Shown: positions 8,366 through 17,311 of the stretch, in pieces
Numbering within the stretch: position 1 is the first letter of the stretch
Layout of the letters: every line of letters begins with the position of its first letter
IMG/VR virus record: IMGVR_UViG_3300009177_000003
DNA from: an uncultured virus (IMG/VR IMGVR_UViG_3300009177_000003)
Lineage: Duplodnaviria > Heunggongvirae > Uroviricota > Caudoviricetes
Strand: one strand, 5' to 3'
DNA length: 64,000 nucleotides
Program-made: the position numbers and the translations under genes
The notes under the pieces: model-generated
What the model was told of the DNA's origin: nothing
Databases searched by the model: none
The model's input: the letters and a program-made list of their open reading frames with translations, nothing else

Positions 8366-8830
8366 ATGCCGTCTGATCTCGGCGGGCGTCCCGCGCATGA
8401 GGTAACGCCCGAGCGCCAGAACACCGTGCAGGTGATGCACGCCAATGGCATCTCGCACCGCATCATCGCCAAGGCCGTCGGCATCGACGTGAAGACGTTG
8501 CGCAAGTGGTATCGCACCGAGCTTCGCGACGCCCACGAGGAGGTCGAGGCGATGATGGGTGCCGCGCTGATCTCGGCCGCGAACAAGGGCGCCTGGGGGG
8601 CCGCGAAATACTGGCTGACCGTCAACGGCGCCGCGCGCTGGCGCGTGCCTGAGCGGCACCTCATCGGCGGCGATCCCGACTCGCCACCCGTCCGCGTCGA
8701 TGTCGACCAGATGACCGAGGCCGAGATTGCAGAAGAGCTCGACGCTATCCGAGAACGACGCCGAATTGCGGCTGGAGCGCGCGCTCTGGCAGAAGCACTG
8801 CCGAAGCGATCTAACGGCGTGGGCCACTGA
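8366..8830 (+). CDS. terS: Terminase small subunit
   Basis: GGRP start, HTH (IAKAVGIDVKTLRKWYRTEL), AAKYWL; upstream of TerL. Confidence 0.8.
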   Translation: MPSDLGGRPAHEVTPERQNTVQVMHANGISHRIIAKAVGIDVKTLRKWYRTELRDAHEEVEAMMGAALISAANKGAWGAAKYWLTVNGAARWRVPERHLIGGDPDSPPVRVDVDQMTEAEIAEELDAIRERRRIAAGARALAEALPKRSNGVGH

Positions 8831-10172
8831 GGCGCTGCGGGCCTACGGAGAAACGCCCGCCCGGCATCACGCCTTCCTGCTGCGCGAGCTCGAGACCGTC
8901 GCCCGCGGCGAGGTCGACCGGCTGATGATCTTCATGCCGCCCGGCAGCGCCAAGACCAGATACGCTTCGATCGTGTTCCCCGCCTGGATGATGGCGCAGC
9001 GCGTGGGGGTCGACATGATCGGCGCCTCGCACACCGGCGACTACGCCGAGGACCTGTCGCTGCAGCTCATCCGGCTGATCCAGGAGAACAGCGACACGCT
9101 CGGCTACAAACTGCTCAACGACAGCCGCAAGCTCTGGCGCACCGACAAACGCGGCCAATACCGGGCGGCGGGCGCCAACGGGGCCATCACCGGACGCCGC
9201 GCCGATCTCGTGCTGATCGACGACCCGATCAAAGGCCGCGAGGACGCCGACAGCGAGATCATGCGCGACAAGGTGTGGGGGTGGTATCGCGCCGAGGTCG
9301 TCACCCGGCTCAAGCCACGCGCCCGCATAGTGCTCATACAGACTCGCTGGCACCAAGACGACCTCGCCGGCCGGATCCTGAACAGCAGCCGCGCATCCGA
9401 ATGGCACGTCATCGAGCTGCCTGCCTTCGCCGGTGAGAATGACCCGATCGGCCGCGCACCCGGCGAGGCGCTCTGGCCGGAGTGGGAAGACAGGGTCGCA
9501 CTCGAACGCAAACGCGACGAGGTCGGCCCGCGTGAATGGTCAGCCCTGTTCCAGCAGCGCCCAACGCCGCTCGAAGGCGCGCTGTTCAGGCCCGCCCAGA
9601 TCCAGGTGCTCGATGCGCCGCCGGTCTGCGTCGCCACCGTGCGCGCCTGGGACCTCGCCGCCACCTCGGCAGCCCTCGGCGGCAACCCTGATTGGACGCG
9701 CGGCCTGAAACTCGGGAGGACGCAGAATGGTGGCTACGTCATCCTCGATCTTGTCTCGATGCGCGGCGGGCCCGACGAAGTGCTCGCGGCCGTAGTCAAC
9801 ACCGCCAAGCTCGACGGCAAGACGGTCAAGATCCGACTACCGGAGGATCCCGGCCAAGCCGGCAAGCAGCAGACGCTGTATTATGGCCGCCACCTCGCCG
9901 GTTACATGGTGACCAACGATCGCGAGACCGGCGACAAGGTGACGCGGGCCAGCCCAGTCGCCAGTCAGGTCAACATCGGCAACGTCGCCATGGTGCGCGC
10001 CTCCTGGAACCTGGAGCTGCGCGACGAGCTCATCGACTTCCCGAACGGGCTGCACGACGACATCGTCGATGCGCTCTCCGGTGCCTTCGGTGTGGTCGGC
10101 CTGGGCCTGCAGGGCATCCGCATTTCGCCCGAGGCCATGAGCCGCTTCGCCACCCGCGTGGTGCACCGATGA
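8727..10172 (+). CDS. terL: Terminase large subunit (start uncertain)
   Basis: MPPGSAKT Walker A, LIDDP Walker B, QTRWH, RAWDLA and HDDIVDA nuclease motifs. Confidence 0.95.
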   Translation: MQKSSTLSENDAELRLERALWQKHCRSDLTAWATEALRAYGETPARHHAFLLRELETVARGEVDRLMIFMPPGSAKTRYASIVFPAWMMAQRVGVDMIGASHTGDYAEDLSLQLIRLIQENSDTLGYKLLNDSRKLWRTDKRGQYRAAGANGAITGRRADLVLIDDPIKGREDADSEIMRDKVWGWYRAEVVTRLKPRARIVLIQTRWHQDDLAGRILNSSRASEWHVIELPAFAGENDPIGRAPGEALWPEWEDRVALERKRDEVGPREWSALFQQRPTPLEGALFRPAQIQVLDAPPVCVATVRAWDLAATSAALGGNPDWTRGLKLGRTQNGGYVILDLVSMRGGPDEVLAAVVNTAKLDGKTVKIRLPEDPGQAGKQQTLYYGRHLAGYMVTNDRETGDKVTRASPVASQVNIGNVAMVRASWNLELRDELIDFPNGLHDDIVDALSGAFGVVGLGLQGIRISPEAMSRFATRVVHR

Positions 10173-13021
10173 TCCGCCTGCTGCCGCGCCTGCGCCGGCC
10201 GACTGAGCCGCCGCGGCAGCGCGTCGAGCCGACCGTGACATGGCCACAGCGTGCGCCGATGAGGGTGTCGATCTCCGCGCTCGCCGCCAGCCTCAGCAAG
10301 CCGGCGCCGCCTGAGCCCAAGATCAACCCGTTCCAAATGCCTCGCTATCCCAAGGGCGTCCTGCCGAACGGCCGCACCGAGCTGGCGATGGACGAGAACA
10401 CGACGCAGATCGTCGCCTCGGCCTGGGACTTCGGGGCAGCCCTTCACGGGCTTTGGGCCGAAGGCATAGGGTTTATGGGATATCCCTACCTCGCGGAGCT
10501 CAGCCAACGCGCCGAGTATCGCCGCGCCTCCGAGGTCATCGCCGAGGAGATGACCCGCAAGTGGATCAAGCTGCGGGCGACCGGCGACGACGACAAGGCC
10601 GACAAGATCAGGGTGCTGGGCGATCGGCTCGAGCAGTTCCATGTGCGGGACGTGTTCCGCGAGGTGCTGGAATTCGACGGCTTCTTCGGACTCGGCTTCG
10701 TCTACCTGGACTTTGGCGACACCGACACCGACGAGCTCCGCACGCCGCTGGTAGCCTCGCCGGAGAAGATCGGCCATCACCGCCTCAAGGCAATCCGCGC
10801 CGTCGATCCGACCTGGACCGCGCCGAATCGCTACGACGCCCGCGACCCGACCTCGCCCACGTTCTACCGGCCGCAGTCGTGGTTCATGATGGGGCGGGAG
10901 ATCCACACGACCCGGCTGCTGTCCGTGGTCTCGCGTCCGCTGCCCGACATCCTGAAGCCCGCCTACAATTTCGGCGGCTTGTCGCTGTCGCAGCTCATGA
11001 AGCCCTACGTCGACAACTGGCTGCGCACCCGCCAGAGCGTCTCCGACCTGATCAACGCGTTCACCGTGTTCAACCTCTCGACGAACCTCGAGGGGCTGCT
11101 GACCGGCGCCGGCGGTGAGGCGGAGAACCAGCGCCTGGAGATCATGACCAACATCCGCAGCAACCGCGGGATGCTGGTGACCGACAAGGCCACCGAGGAG
11201 CTCAAGAACATCAGCGCGCCGTTGGGCACGCTCGACAAGCTGCAGGCGCAGAGCCAGGAGCAGATCTGCTCGGTGATCGCCGTGCCGCTCGTGAAGTATC
11301 TCGGCGTGACGCCATCGGGCCTGAACGCCAGCGCGGACGGCGAGATCCGCGTGTTCTACGACGGAATCAAAGCGAGGCAGGAGAAGGTGTGCACCGACAA
11401 GGTCCGCACCATCTTGCAGATCCTGCAGCTCGACGAGTGGAGCGAGGTCGATCCGGAGATCGACTTCGAATGGGTGCCGCTCTGGGAGCTGGACGAGGCG
11501 TCCGCGGCGACCGTGCGCAAGACCAACGCCGACACCGACGCCGTGCTGGTCGAGGTCGGCGCGATCGACCCGGACGAGGTGCGCCAGCGCATCGCCGCCG
11601 AGCCGGAAAGCCCCTATGCCGGGCTCGACCTCTCCAAGCCAGCCCCGGGCCCGCCCGCAGCCGCCGGCATGGAAGGCGAGATGCCGCCGGAGGGCGGCCA
11701 GGACATCGATCCGGCGACCTCGCACGCCATCTTCACCGCGCTGCGCGACCACGGTGTGGCGGATCCGACGGCCGAGGCGCTGCTCGAAGCGCTGCAGCTT
11801 GGCGGTGCCGGCGAGGACGTAGAGCAGGCGCTGCTCGCCGCCCTGCGCAGCGGGGACGATGCGGGCGTAGGCAAGGCTCTGATCGCTGCGTTGGGCGGGA
11901 CCGACAGCGTCTTCCTCGAGGCGCTCAAGGCGAACGACGACCAGCCCTTCCAGAAGACGCTGATGGGCGCGTTCGCGCAGGACGCTGCCGAGTTCAAGGA
12001 GTCCGACCATCCGCGCGGCCAGCCGGGCAATGCCGGGCAGTTCGGTCCGGGCGGCGGCGGCAAGGGAGCTGGCAAGAAGAAGGCCGGCGGAGAGGGGAAA
12101 GAGCAGGCCGGGCAGAAGGGCGCCGAGGGCGCCCCAGCCGCGGGCGAGGCAGCGAAGAAGTCGCCGGCTTCGAGCCTGATGCCGAACCCGAAGAGGTATT
12201 CCGAGGCGGAAGCTCGCGAGCTCGGCGCCAAGATCGCGGCCTCGGTCGGCGCCACGCAGGCGGTCAGCGAAGCCCGCCGCAAAGTCCTGGCCATGAACGG
12301 GGCGCAGAGTATCGATCCGGTCGAGAAGGACGGCCATATCGACGCCGCCGGCGAGTTCACACCCGAGCGGGCTGCGCTGCATGACAAGCTGCTGAACGAC
12401 ATCTTCACGCCCGAGGCTATCGAGCGGGCGCTGCCCAGGAAGGGGGAAAAGCCGGTGGTCGTCGTGCTCGGCGGCCGCGGCGGATCCGGCAAGTCGTGGC
12501 TGACCGACACAGAGAAGGGCGGACCGGTCGACAAATCGAAGTTCATCCTGATCGACGCCGACCACTTCAAGGGCGAGCTGCCGGAATATCAGGGCTGGAA
12601 CGCCGCCCAGCTGCACGAGGAAAGCGACCTCCTGGTCAGGCGGGCGGAAGATCGGGCGCGGAACCTCGGGCTGAACATCGTGCACGACGCCACCCTGAAG
12701 TCGGCCAAGAGCATCAACGAGCGGGTCGATCGCTACGCCAAGGACGGTTACGACATCCACGGCCACTACATGCACCTGTCGCCGGAGATGGCGACCGAGC
12801 GGGCGACCAAGCGGTTCGCCAGAGGCCAGGAGAAGACCGGCAAGGGCCGGTTCGTGCCGCCCGAGATCATCCTGGGCAACACCGACAACGAAAAGAACTT
12901 CGATGCGCTGATTCCGCTGTTCAAGGAATGGAGCGTGTTTGACAATAGCGGCGACGCCCCCAGATTTGTGGATGGCAGCAGGGACTATGGCGGTGCCAAA
13001 GGACAAGGACGCAAAGACTGA
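10169..13021 (+). CDS. Portal protein (DUF1073-type) fused to a C-terminal zeta-toxin-like P-loop kinase
   Basis: ATGA overlap with terL; portal motifs FMGYPYLAELSQ, YNFGGLSLSQL, GVTPSGLNAS; then GGRGGSGKS, IDADHFK, LHEES, VHDATL. Confidence 0.9.
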   Translation: MIRLLPRLRRPTEPPRQRVEPTVTWPQRAPMRVSISALAASLSKPAPPEPKINPFQMPRYPKGVLPNGRTELAMDENTTQIVASAWDFGAALHGLWAEGIGFMGYPYLAELSQRAEYRRASEVIAEEMTRKWIKLRATGDDDKADKIRVLGDRLEQFHVRDVFREVLEFDGFFGLGFVYLDFGDTDTDELRTPLVASPEKIGHHRLKAIRAVDPTWTAPNRYDARDPTSPTFYRPQSWFMMGREIHTTRLLSVVSRPLPDILKPAYNFGGLSLSQLMKPYVDNWLRTRQSVSDLINAFTVFNLSTNLEGLLTGAGGEAENQRLEIMTNIRSNRGMLVTDKATEELKNISAPLGTLDKLQAQSQEQICSVIAVPLVKYLGVTPSGLNASADGEIRVFYDGIKARQEKVCTDKVRTILQILQLDEWSEVDPEIDFEWVPLWELDEASAATVRKTNADTDAVLVEVGAIDPDEVRQRIAAEPESPYAGLDLSKPAPGPPAAAGMEGEMPPEGGQDIDPATSHAIFTALRDHGVADPTAEALLEALQLGGAGEDVEQALLAALRSGDDAGVGKALIAALGGTDSVFLEALKANDDQPFQKTLMGAFAQDAAEFKESDHPRGQPGNAGQFGPGGGGKGAGKKKAGGEGKEQAGQKGAEGAPAAGEAAKKSPASSLMPNPKRYSEAEARELGAKIAASVGATQAVSEARRKVLAMNGAQSIDPVEKDGHIDAAGEFTPERAALHDKLLNDIFTPEAIERALPRKGEKPVVVVLGGRGGSGKSWLTDTEKGGPVDKSKFILIDADHFKGELPEYQGWNAAQLHEESDLLVRRAEDRARNLGLNIVHDATLKSAKSINERVDRYAKDGYDIHGHYMHLSPEMATERATKRFARGQEKTGKGRFVPPEIILGNTDNEKNFDALIPLFKEWSVFDNSGDAPRFVDGSRDYGGAKGQGRKD

Positions 13022-13211
13022 GAAGCCCGCCACCGAGGGCGACGGGCAGGTGATGGGCTATCCGGCGGAATACTGGGAGAACGATGTGCCAGACCTGGGC
13101 ATCGATCCAGCAAAGCGCTATCGCGCGGCGGACCGCGAGAAGATGGATAGGCAGCTCGACGCCGATCGCAAGGTGATCGAAGACATCCGCCGCAGGCGCG
13201 GGGAAAGCTAG
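12987..13211 (+). CDS. Small charged protein, candidate antitoxin/immunity protein
   Basis: 74 aa from MAVPKDK, overlapping the 3' end of the zeta-like domain. Confidence 0.5.
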   Translation: MAVPKDKDAKTEKPATEGDGQVMGYPAEYWENDVPDLGIDPAKRYRAADREKMDRQLDADRKVIEDIRRRRGES

Positions 13212-13447
13212 CGGAGCATCGCCTTAGCGTCGGCGACGGTGTAGCCGGCGAGATCCTCGATAGTCTCGATGGCGTGCTCGGCCATCCCCTTCAGCAGCGC
13301 GAAATTGGCGTTGATCACGGCACGCTCGCCGTGGATCGCTGCCAGCTCGGGATCCGGGGTGGGCCCTCGATCCGCGCAGCTGCACATCGTCTCGAGGGTG
13401 AGCAGCAGCTTCTTGAACACGAAGGCCGACGGGACATTGCTGGCCAT
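13208..13447 (-). CDS. Hypothetical protein
   Basis: MASNVPSAF..., GAGGGGG RBS. Confidence 0.6.
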   Translation of the reverse strand: MASNVPSAFVFKKLLLTLETMCSCADRGPTPDPELAAIHGERAVINANFALLKGMAEHAIETIEDLAGYTVADAKAMLR

Positions 13448-13449
13448 GT

Positions 13450-13632
13450 CTACCCCCTCAGGGCCTTGGCCGCCTCGATAGCGTCGTCCGCCATCTTGGC
13501 TATGACCGGGTTCTTGTTGGCACCGTAGTGCGCCACGGCCGCGATCTTCTCGAGCGCGTCCATGAGGTTGGTGATGGTCATCCCCATGATGGCGACGAGC
13601 GCCACGTCGTGGGGCTTCGGGTTCGTGTTCAT
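13450..13632 (-). CDS. Hypothetical protein
   Basis: MNTNPKPHD..., ATGA coupling. Confidence 0.6.
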   Translation of the reverse strand: MNTNPKPHDVALVAIMGMTITNLMDALEKIAAVAHYGANKNPVIAKMADDAIEAAKALRG

Positions 13633-13826
13633 GACGCACCTGCTTTCTCGACATAGGCGACCATGGCAGCGCCGACGGTCTCCTCGGGCTCTCCGGCCAG
13701 GATCATCGGTCCGGCCATCTTGAACAGGCCGCCGATCTTCAGGACGCTGATCTGCATTCCGGAGCAATACCTGCCGTAGATCTTGGTGATCGCGGCATCG
13801 AGCTTCTTCGGGGACAATTTGGTCAT
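13629..13826 (-). CDS. Hypothetical protein
   Basis: 65 aa, AAAGGAG RBS. Confidence 0.7.
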   Translation of the reverse strand: MTKLSPKKLDAAITKIYGRYCSGMQISVLKIGGLFKMAGPMILAGEPEETVGAAMVAYVEKAGAS

Positions 13827-13838
13827 CGTCGGTCTCCT

Positions 13839-14024
13839 TTATTCTGGCATCATCACGTAGAACACTGGGCCAAGCCGCGGTTGAATAACCTCGCCGCCGA
13901 CCTTCTCCGCAGCGCGCGCAGCCTGCGTCTTGTTCGCGAAGGTCTTGGCGAAAACGCCGGTGGGGGTGGATTTCGCGAGAACCACGACCCCGCTGTTGAG
14001 TTTCGAAGTCAGAATGGCGGTCAT
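13839..14024 (-). CDS. Hypothetical protein
   Basis: 61 aa, AAAGGAG RBS. Confidence 0.7.
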   Translation of the reverse strand: MTAILTSKLNSGVVVLAKSTPTGVFAKTFANKTQAARAAEKVGGEVIQPRLGPVFYVMMPE

Positions 14025-14097
14025 AACTGGTCGCTCCTTTCGGGAGGTTGGTCAGTCCTGGTTGTCAGGGGCGCCGGGAACTCTCCCGGCAAGGTTT

Positions 14098-14126
14098 ATA
14101 TAGCGCGCCTGACCGTAGCAGTCAAG
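14098..14126 (-). promoter_or_regulatory. Promoter with TGAC-N7-GTCA operator
   Basis: Exact CTTGAC-N17-CTATAT; palindrome at 14110-14124. Confidence 0.85.
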
Positions 14127-14140
14127 CTATTTAGAGCCAA

Positions 14141-14263
14141 TCAATCGCAGTCCCAGTGCGTGAGCAGGCCGAATTCGTAGTGGGTCGCGCAGTGCTTACC
14201 GGGTGGCGGTTCGCAGGCTGCGAGCAGCAGCGCGGTGGCCAGGATGGCCAGGATCGTCTTCAT
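14141..14263 (-). CDS. 40-aa lipoprotein (not in the ORF track)
   Basis: MKTILAILATALLLAACEPPPGKHCATHYEFGLLTHWDCD; LAAC lipobox; AAGGAG RBS. Confidence 0.7.
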   Translation of the reverse strand: MKTILAILATALLLAACEPPPGKHCATHYEFGLLTHWDCD

Positions 14264-14289
14264 CGGTGGTTACTCCTTGGAGGTTGGGG

Positions 14290-15183
14290 TTAAGCGGCGA
14301 GCGCCAGTGGCGCCCAGTCATTGGCCGGCTTGGCGAAGGGAATCGCCTCGACGGCGTGGATCGACATCGCGGCGACTGCCGGGGCGATGATCTTCTCGGC
14401 GTTCTCGACGAACACCGACCAGAGCTCGTAGTCGCCCTCGTCCTCGAGCAGCCACGCGAACGCTTCGGTCAGGAAGTTCGCGGCGACCGCCCTGTTCTTG
14501 GTGATCGGCCGTCCCTGACCGACCTGGGCCCGGATCCGGGCTGCGTCGGTGGTCACCATGGTGCCGGGAGAGGCCTCGCTGATCACCGCGAGGAGTGCCG
14601 CCAGCTTCTTCTTCGCGGCAGCGATCCCGAGCAGGTGCAGCCGCTTCGGCTTGATCTCGCCGCCCAGCAGGTTCGCCAGCTCCGCGACGGAGAAGGCCGA
14701 CTGATTGGACGGGACGGAGACGGTGAAATCCTCGGTCCCCAGGATGGCTGCCGCGGCCCGGTAGGCCTCGTAGGGCGGCAGCTCGCCCTTCTGCACCGGC
14801 ACCAGCGCGTCGTGTCCGGCGCCGATCACGAGCTCGACCAGCCCCTTCCACTCGGCGAGCAGCTTCAGGCTCTCGGCCTGATTGCCGATCACGTCGGGCA
14901 TCACGATGTGCATCCTGGTTCCGGGCGCCTCGTGCACCAGCTTGGTGATGGTCGCCGCGACCTTGGGCCAGTTCATCGGCTCGCCGTGGGTGCAGGCGGT
15001 AAACGCGCCGCTGTCGACGAACACCTCGCCGCCCCGGCTCGCATACTCGATCATCATGTCCCACGCGGCACCGCCGACGGTGAGCTCGGCCAGGGAAACG
15101 CCGATCGCCGATCCGGCGACGATGTAGCCCCGCATGATGTTGGGCGCACTCGCGCCCGACCGATAAGAGGTCGTCACTAACAT
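14290..15183 (-). CDS. TGT (tRNA-guanine transglycosylase)-fold protein, DpdA-like
   Basis: VFVDSGAF, MPDVIG, VPVQKG, LHLLG, TTD in the order expected for TGT-fold enzymes. Confidence 0.55.
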   Translation of the reverse strand: MLVTTSYRSGASAPNIMRGYIVAGSAIGVSLAELTVGGAAWDMMIEYASRGGEVFVDSGAFTACTHGEPMNWPKVAATITKLVHEAPGTRMHIVMPDVIGNQAESLKLLAEWKGLVELVIGAGHDALVPVQKGELPPYEAYRAAAAILGTEDFTVSVPSNQSAFSVAELANLLGGEIKPKRLHLLGIAAAKKKLAALLAVISEASPGTMVTTDAARIRAQVGQGRPITKNRAVAANFLTEAFAWLLEDEGDYELWSVFVENAEKIIAPAVAAMSIHAVEAIPFAKPANDWAPLALAA

Positions 15184-15233
15184 CGGAAGTCTCTCGGGAA
15201 AGTGGAAGCCGGGAACCGTGCCCGGCGAGTCCT

Positions 15234-15262
15234 ATGTAATACGCCTGACTGTAAGCGTCAAG
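15234..15262 (-). promoter_or_regulatory. Promoter with TGAC-N7-GTCA operator
   Basis: CTTGAC-N17-TTACAT; palindrome at 15246-15260. Confidence 0.8.
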
Positions 15263-15285
15263 CTAATTAAATAGCGGCGGGCGAT

Positions 15286-15600
15286 TTAGTTCCGGAAGTA
15301 GGCCATGCCGTAAGGCGTGCAGCCGGCCAGAGGGTCGGGGTCGAAGATGTTGCCCCGCTTGCCCTTGGCGGGGGCCTTCCAGCCGGCGGACTTCAGCAGG
15401 TCGCCGGTGGTCTGATCGATGAAGCCGTAGGCGCTCCGCGAGCTGCCCTGGGCGAGCACGATTCTGGCGTATTTGGTCGCCGGCTCGATGGTGATCGTCG
15501 GCGGGGTGCCGACGTTGGCGGCCTTCTGCCAATGAGCGTGGACGAAGCCCTGCAGCTTGGTCTGGAAAGCGGACAGGTCGGCGGTGGTGACTTTGTTCAC
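15286..15600 (-). CDS. Conserved phage early protein
   Basis: FIDQTTGDLLKSAGWKAPAKGKRGNI, a motif recurrent in small phage proteins. Confidence 0.75.
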   Translation of the reverse strand: MNKVTTADLSAFQTKLQGFVHAHWQKAANVGTPPTITIEPATKYARIVLAQGSSRSAYGFIDQTTGDLLKSAGWKAPAKGKRGNIFDPDPLAGCTPYGMAYFRN

Positions 15601-15613
15601 GGTCTGAATCCTT

Positions 15614-15871
15614 TCAGGTTGCCATACCGCAGAGGTATTCGTTGGCGCGCTTGCCGAGGTCGTTGGCCTTCGCGGCCTCTGCGGCCTCTGCGTTGGCTTT
15701 CATCGCGGCCAGGATGAAGTGCTCCTTCACTCCGGTCGCCGCGGAGATCGCGTCCGAGCTCATGCGCATGGCGATCAGTTTGTTCAGCGCGGTGCTCTCG
15801 TCGGCCGGGGTCGCCTTGCGGCCGAGGAACAGGCCTTCCGTCAGCACTTTCAGCGCTTCAGCGTAGGTCAT
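15614..15871 (-). CDS. Hypothetical protein
   Basis: MTYAEAL..., GGAG RBS after the promoter. Confidence 0.65.
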   Translation of the reverse strand: MTYAEALKVLTEGLFLGRKATPADESTALNKLIAMRMSSDAISAATGVKEHFILAAMKANAEAAEAAKANDLGKRANEYLCGMAT

Positions 15872-15896
15872 CGTCAGACTCCGTTCTTGCAGGCAG

Positions 15897-15926
15897 AGAA
15901 TATCCGGCTTGACCATATGCGTCAAG
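15897..15926 (-). promoter_or_regulatory. Promoter with TTGAC-N7-GTCAA operator
   Basis: CTTGAC followed by TATTCT; perfect palindrome at 15909-15925. Confidence 0.75.
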
Positions 15927-15949
15927 CTATTTAACGGCGGACAGGGGAT

Positions 15950-16540
15950 TTATTTGCCGCCAGCGCAGCAGTGGGTCTTGTGCGCCGCGGCCATGATCTC
16001 GCGCTCCATGTCGAAGCCGCGGGTCTTCTCCTGGTCATAGGTCAGGGTCTTCACGTAGGCGTCGCCGTAATCGCTCACGACGATCTCGACCACCTCGACC
16101 GGGTATCCCTTGGCGGCCAGCCTGTCGCGCGCTCTGGTCAGCAGCGCGGGGCTGATCGTCCGATTGCAGAAAATGAAGTCCGCGCCGAAGTGCACCAGCT
16201 TCGCATCCGGATCCGGCATCCAATTCCGCACCGGGCCGTAGACGCCGCCGCTGCCGGCCGTGCCCTCGTCGCTGGCGGTCATCGCCGTGCCATCCGGTGA
16301 CAGCCAGGAATCGCGGCCGAACTTCAGGTCGATCATGCCGTCGAAGCCGCCGCCCTGGAATTGCTTGGCAACCGGCTCGACCGCGGCGGAGCAGGGACCG
16401 TCGGTCCACCTCACGTCGATCGACGCGCCGCCGGCGTATTTGTCGGACTTGACCGAGAACTTGACGCCGGGGAAGGCCTTCTTGAGCGCGCCCCGCACCA
16501 GCTTGGCGGTCTCGGTGACGGAAACGTAAGTCGACTTCAC
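15950..16540 (-). CDS. LPD29-like (large polyvalent protein-associated domain) protein
   Basis: ETAKLVRGALKKAFPGVKFSVKS...GASIDVRWTDGP...FDGMID. Confidence 0.75.
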   Translation of the reverse strand: MKSTYVSVTETAKLVRGALKKAFPGVKFSVKSDKYAGGASIDVRWTDGPCSAAVEPVAKQFQGGGFDGMIDLKFGRDSWLSPDGTAMTASDEGTAGSGGVYGPVRNWMPDPDAKLVHFGADFIFCNRTISPALLTRARDRLAAKGYPVEVVEIVVSDYGDAYVKTLTYDQEKTRGFDMEREIMAAAHKTHCCAGGK

Positions 16541-16887
16541 GGGATGAATCCTTTCAGGTTGCCGTAGCGGCCCAGATAAGCGCCGGCCCGGCTGGTCGGG
16601 TTGTTCGGAAACTCGTGCGCGATGTGCGCGTCCTCCGCGTCCTGCTCATCGGCGAACAGCGGCATATCGGCGGGCACCTCGAACACCTGATATTTCCTGT
16701 GAGCGGTCTCCCGGCAGATCACGACCTTGCCGTTCCACTCCCAGACCGCCACGACCGGGCTGTAGGCGTAGGGGCTCGGAATCGGATCAGTCTGGAACCG
16801 CGCCAGCCATGCGATTGGCTCCTCGCTCGCTTCCGCGATCCACTGCGCGTGGCCGGCGTACGACCGAATGGTCTTGATGCACTTCAT
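16537..16887 (-). CDS. Hypothetical protein
   Basis: 116 aa, AAGGAGG RBS. Confidence 0.7.
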   Translation of the reverse strand: MKCIKTIRSYAGHAQWIAEASEEPIAWLARFQTDPIPSPYAYSPVVAVWEWNGKVVICRETAHRKYQVFEVPADMPLFADEQDAEDAHIAHEFPNNPTSRAGAYLGRYGNLKGFIP

Positions 16888-16900
16888 CGAATGTCCTCCT

Positions 16901-17161
16901 TCACAGTCCGTGCTCTGGGCCCATGCCCAGCTTCTTGCAGGCCTCGTAAGCGGCGCTTGTCTCGGCCTCGACCTTCCTCTGGCCCATCGGGGTCACGAAC
17001 ACCGAGCCGAGGTAGCGGTCTTCTTGCGCGAGCCTGAAGTTGTAGGCTGCCAGCGCCTTCTTCTGTGCCGCGGTCAACTTCACCTTCGGGGCGAAGGTGG
17101 ACTCGGCTTTCTCGGCAGCCTTCAATGTCGCTGCCAGCTTCTTCCACTGCTCGTTGGTCAT
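16901..17161 (-). CDS. Hypothetical protein
   Basis: 86 aa, GGAGG RBS. Confidence 0.7.
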   Translation of the reverse strand: MTNEQWKKLAATLKAAEKAESTFAPKVKLTAAQKKALAAYNFRLAQEDRYLGSVFVTPMGQRKVEAETSAAYEACKKLGMGPEHGL

Positions 17162-17164
17162 CGC

Positions 17165-17311
17165 TCAGCCTCCCATCCACGCGTTCAACCAAGAGGTCGC
17201 CCACAGCCGGGCGAACGCAGTCCCGACGACGTAGGGGTTGGCGCTCAGGGGAGCCCCGGCCAGGAAAGCGGCCTTGCCGCCCTTCATCGCGGCGAACCTC
17301 ATTGCAATCAT
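17165..17311 (-). CDS. 48-aa Rmf/CrpP-like small protein (not in the ORF track)
   Basis: GKAAFLAGAPLSANPY...LWATSWLNAW fits G-x2-A-x3-G...NPY...W; AGGAGG RBS. Confidence 0.55.
   Translation of the reverse strand: MIAMRFAAMKGGKAAFLAGAPLSANPYVVGTAFARLWATSWLNAWMGG

Noticed and set aside
9692..10168. 159-aa N-terminal extension of the portal ORF in the track
   Set aside because: It overlaps terL in another frame and reads as Arg-rich shadow; the ATGA overlap at 10169 gives the natural start.
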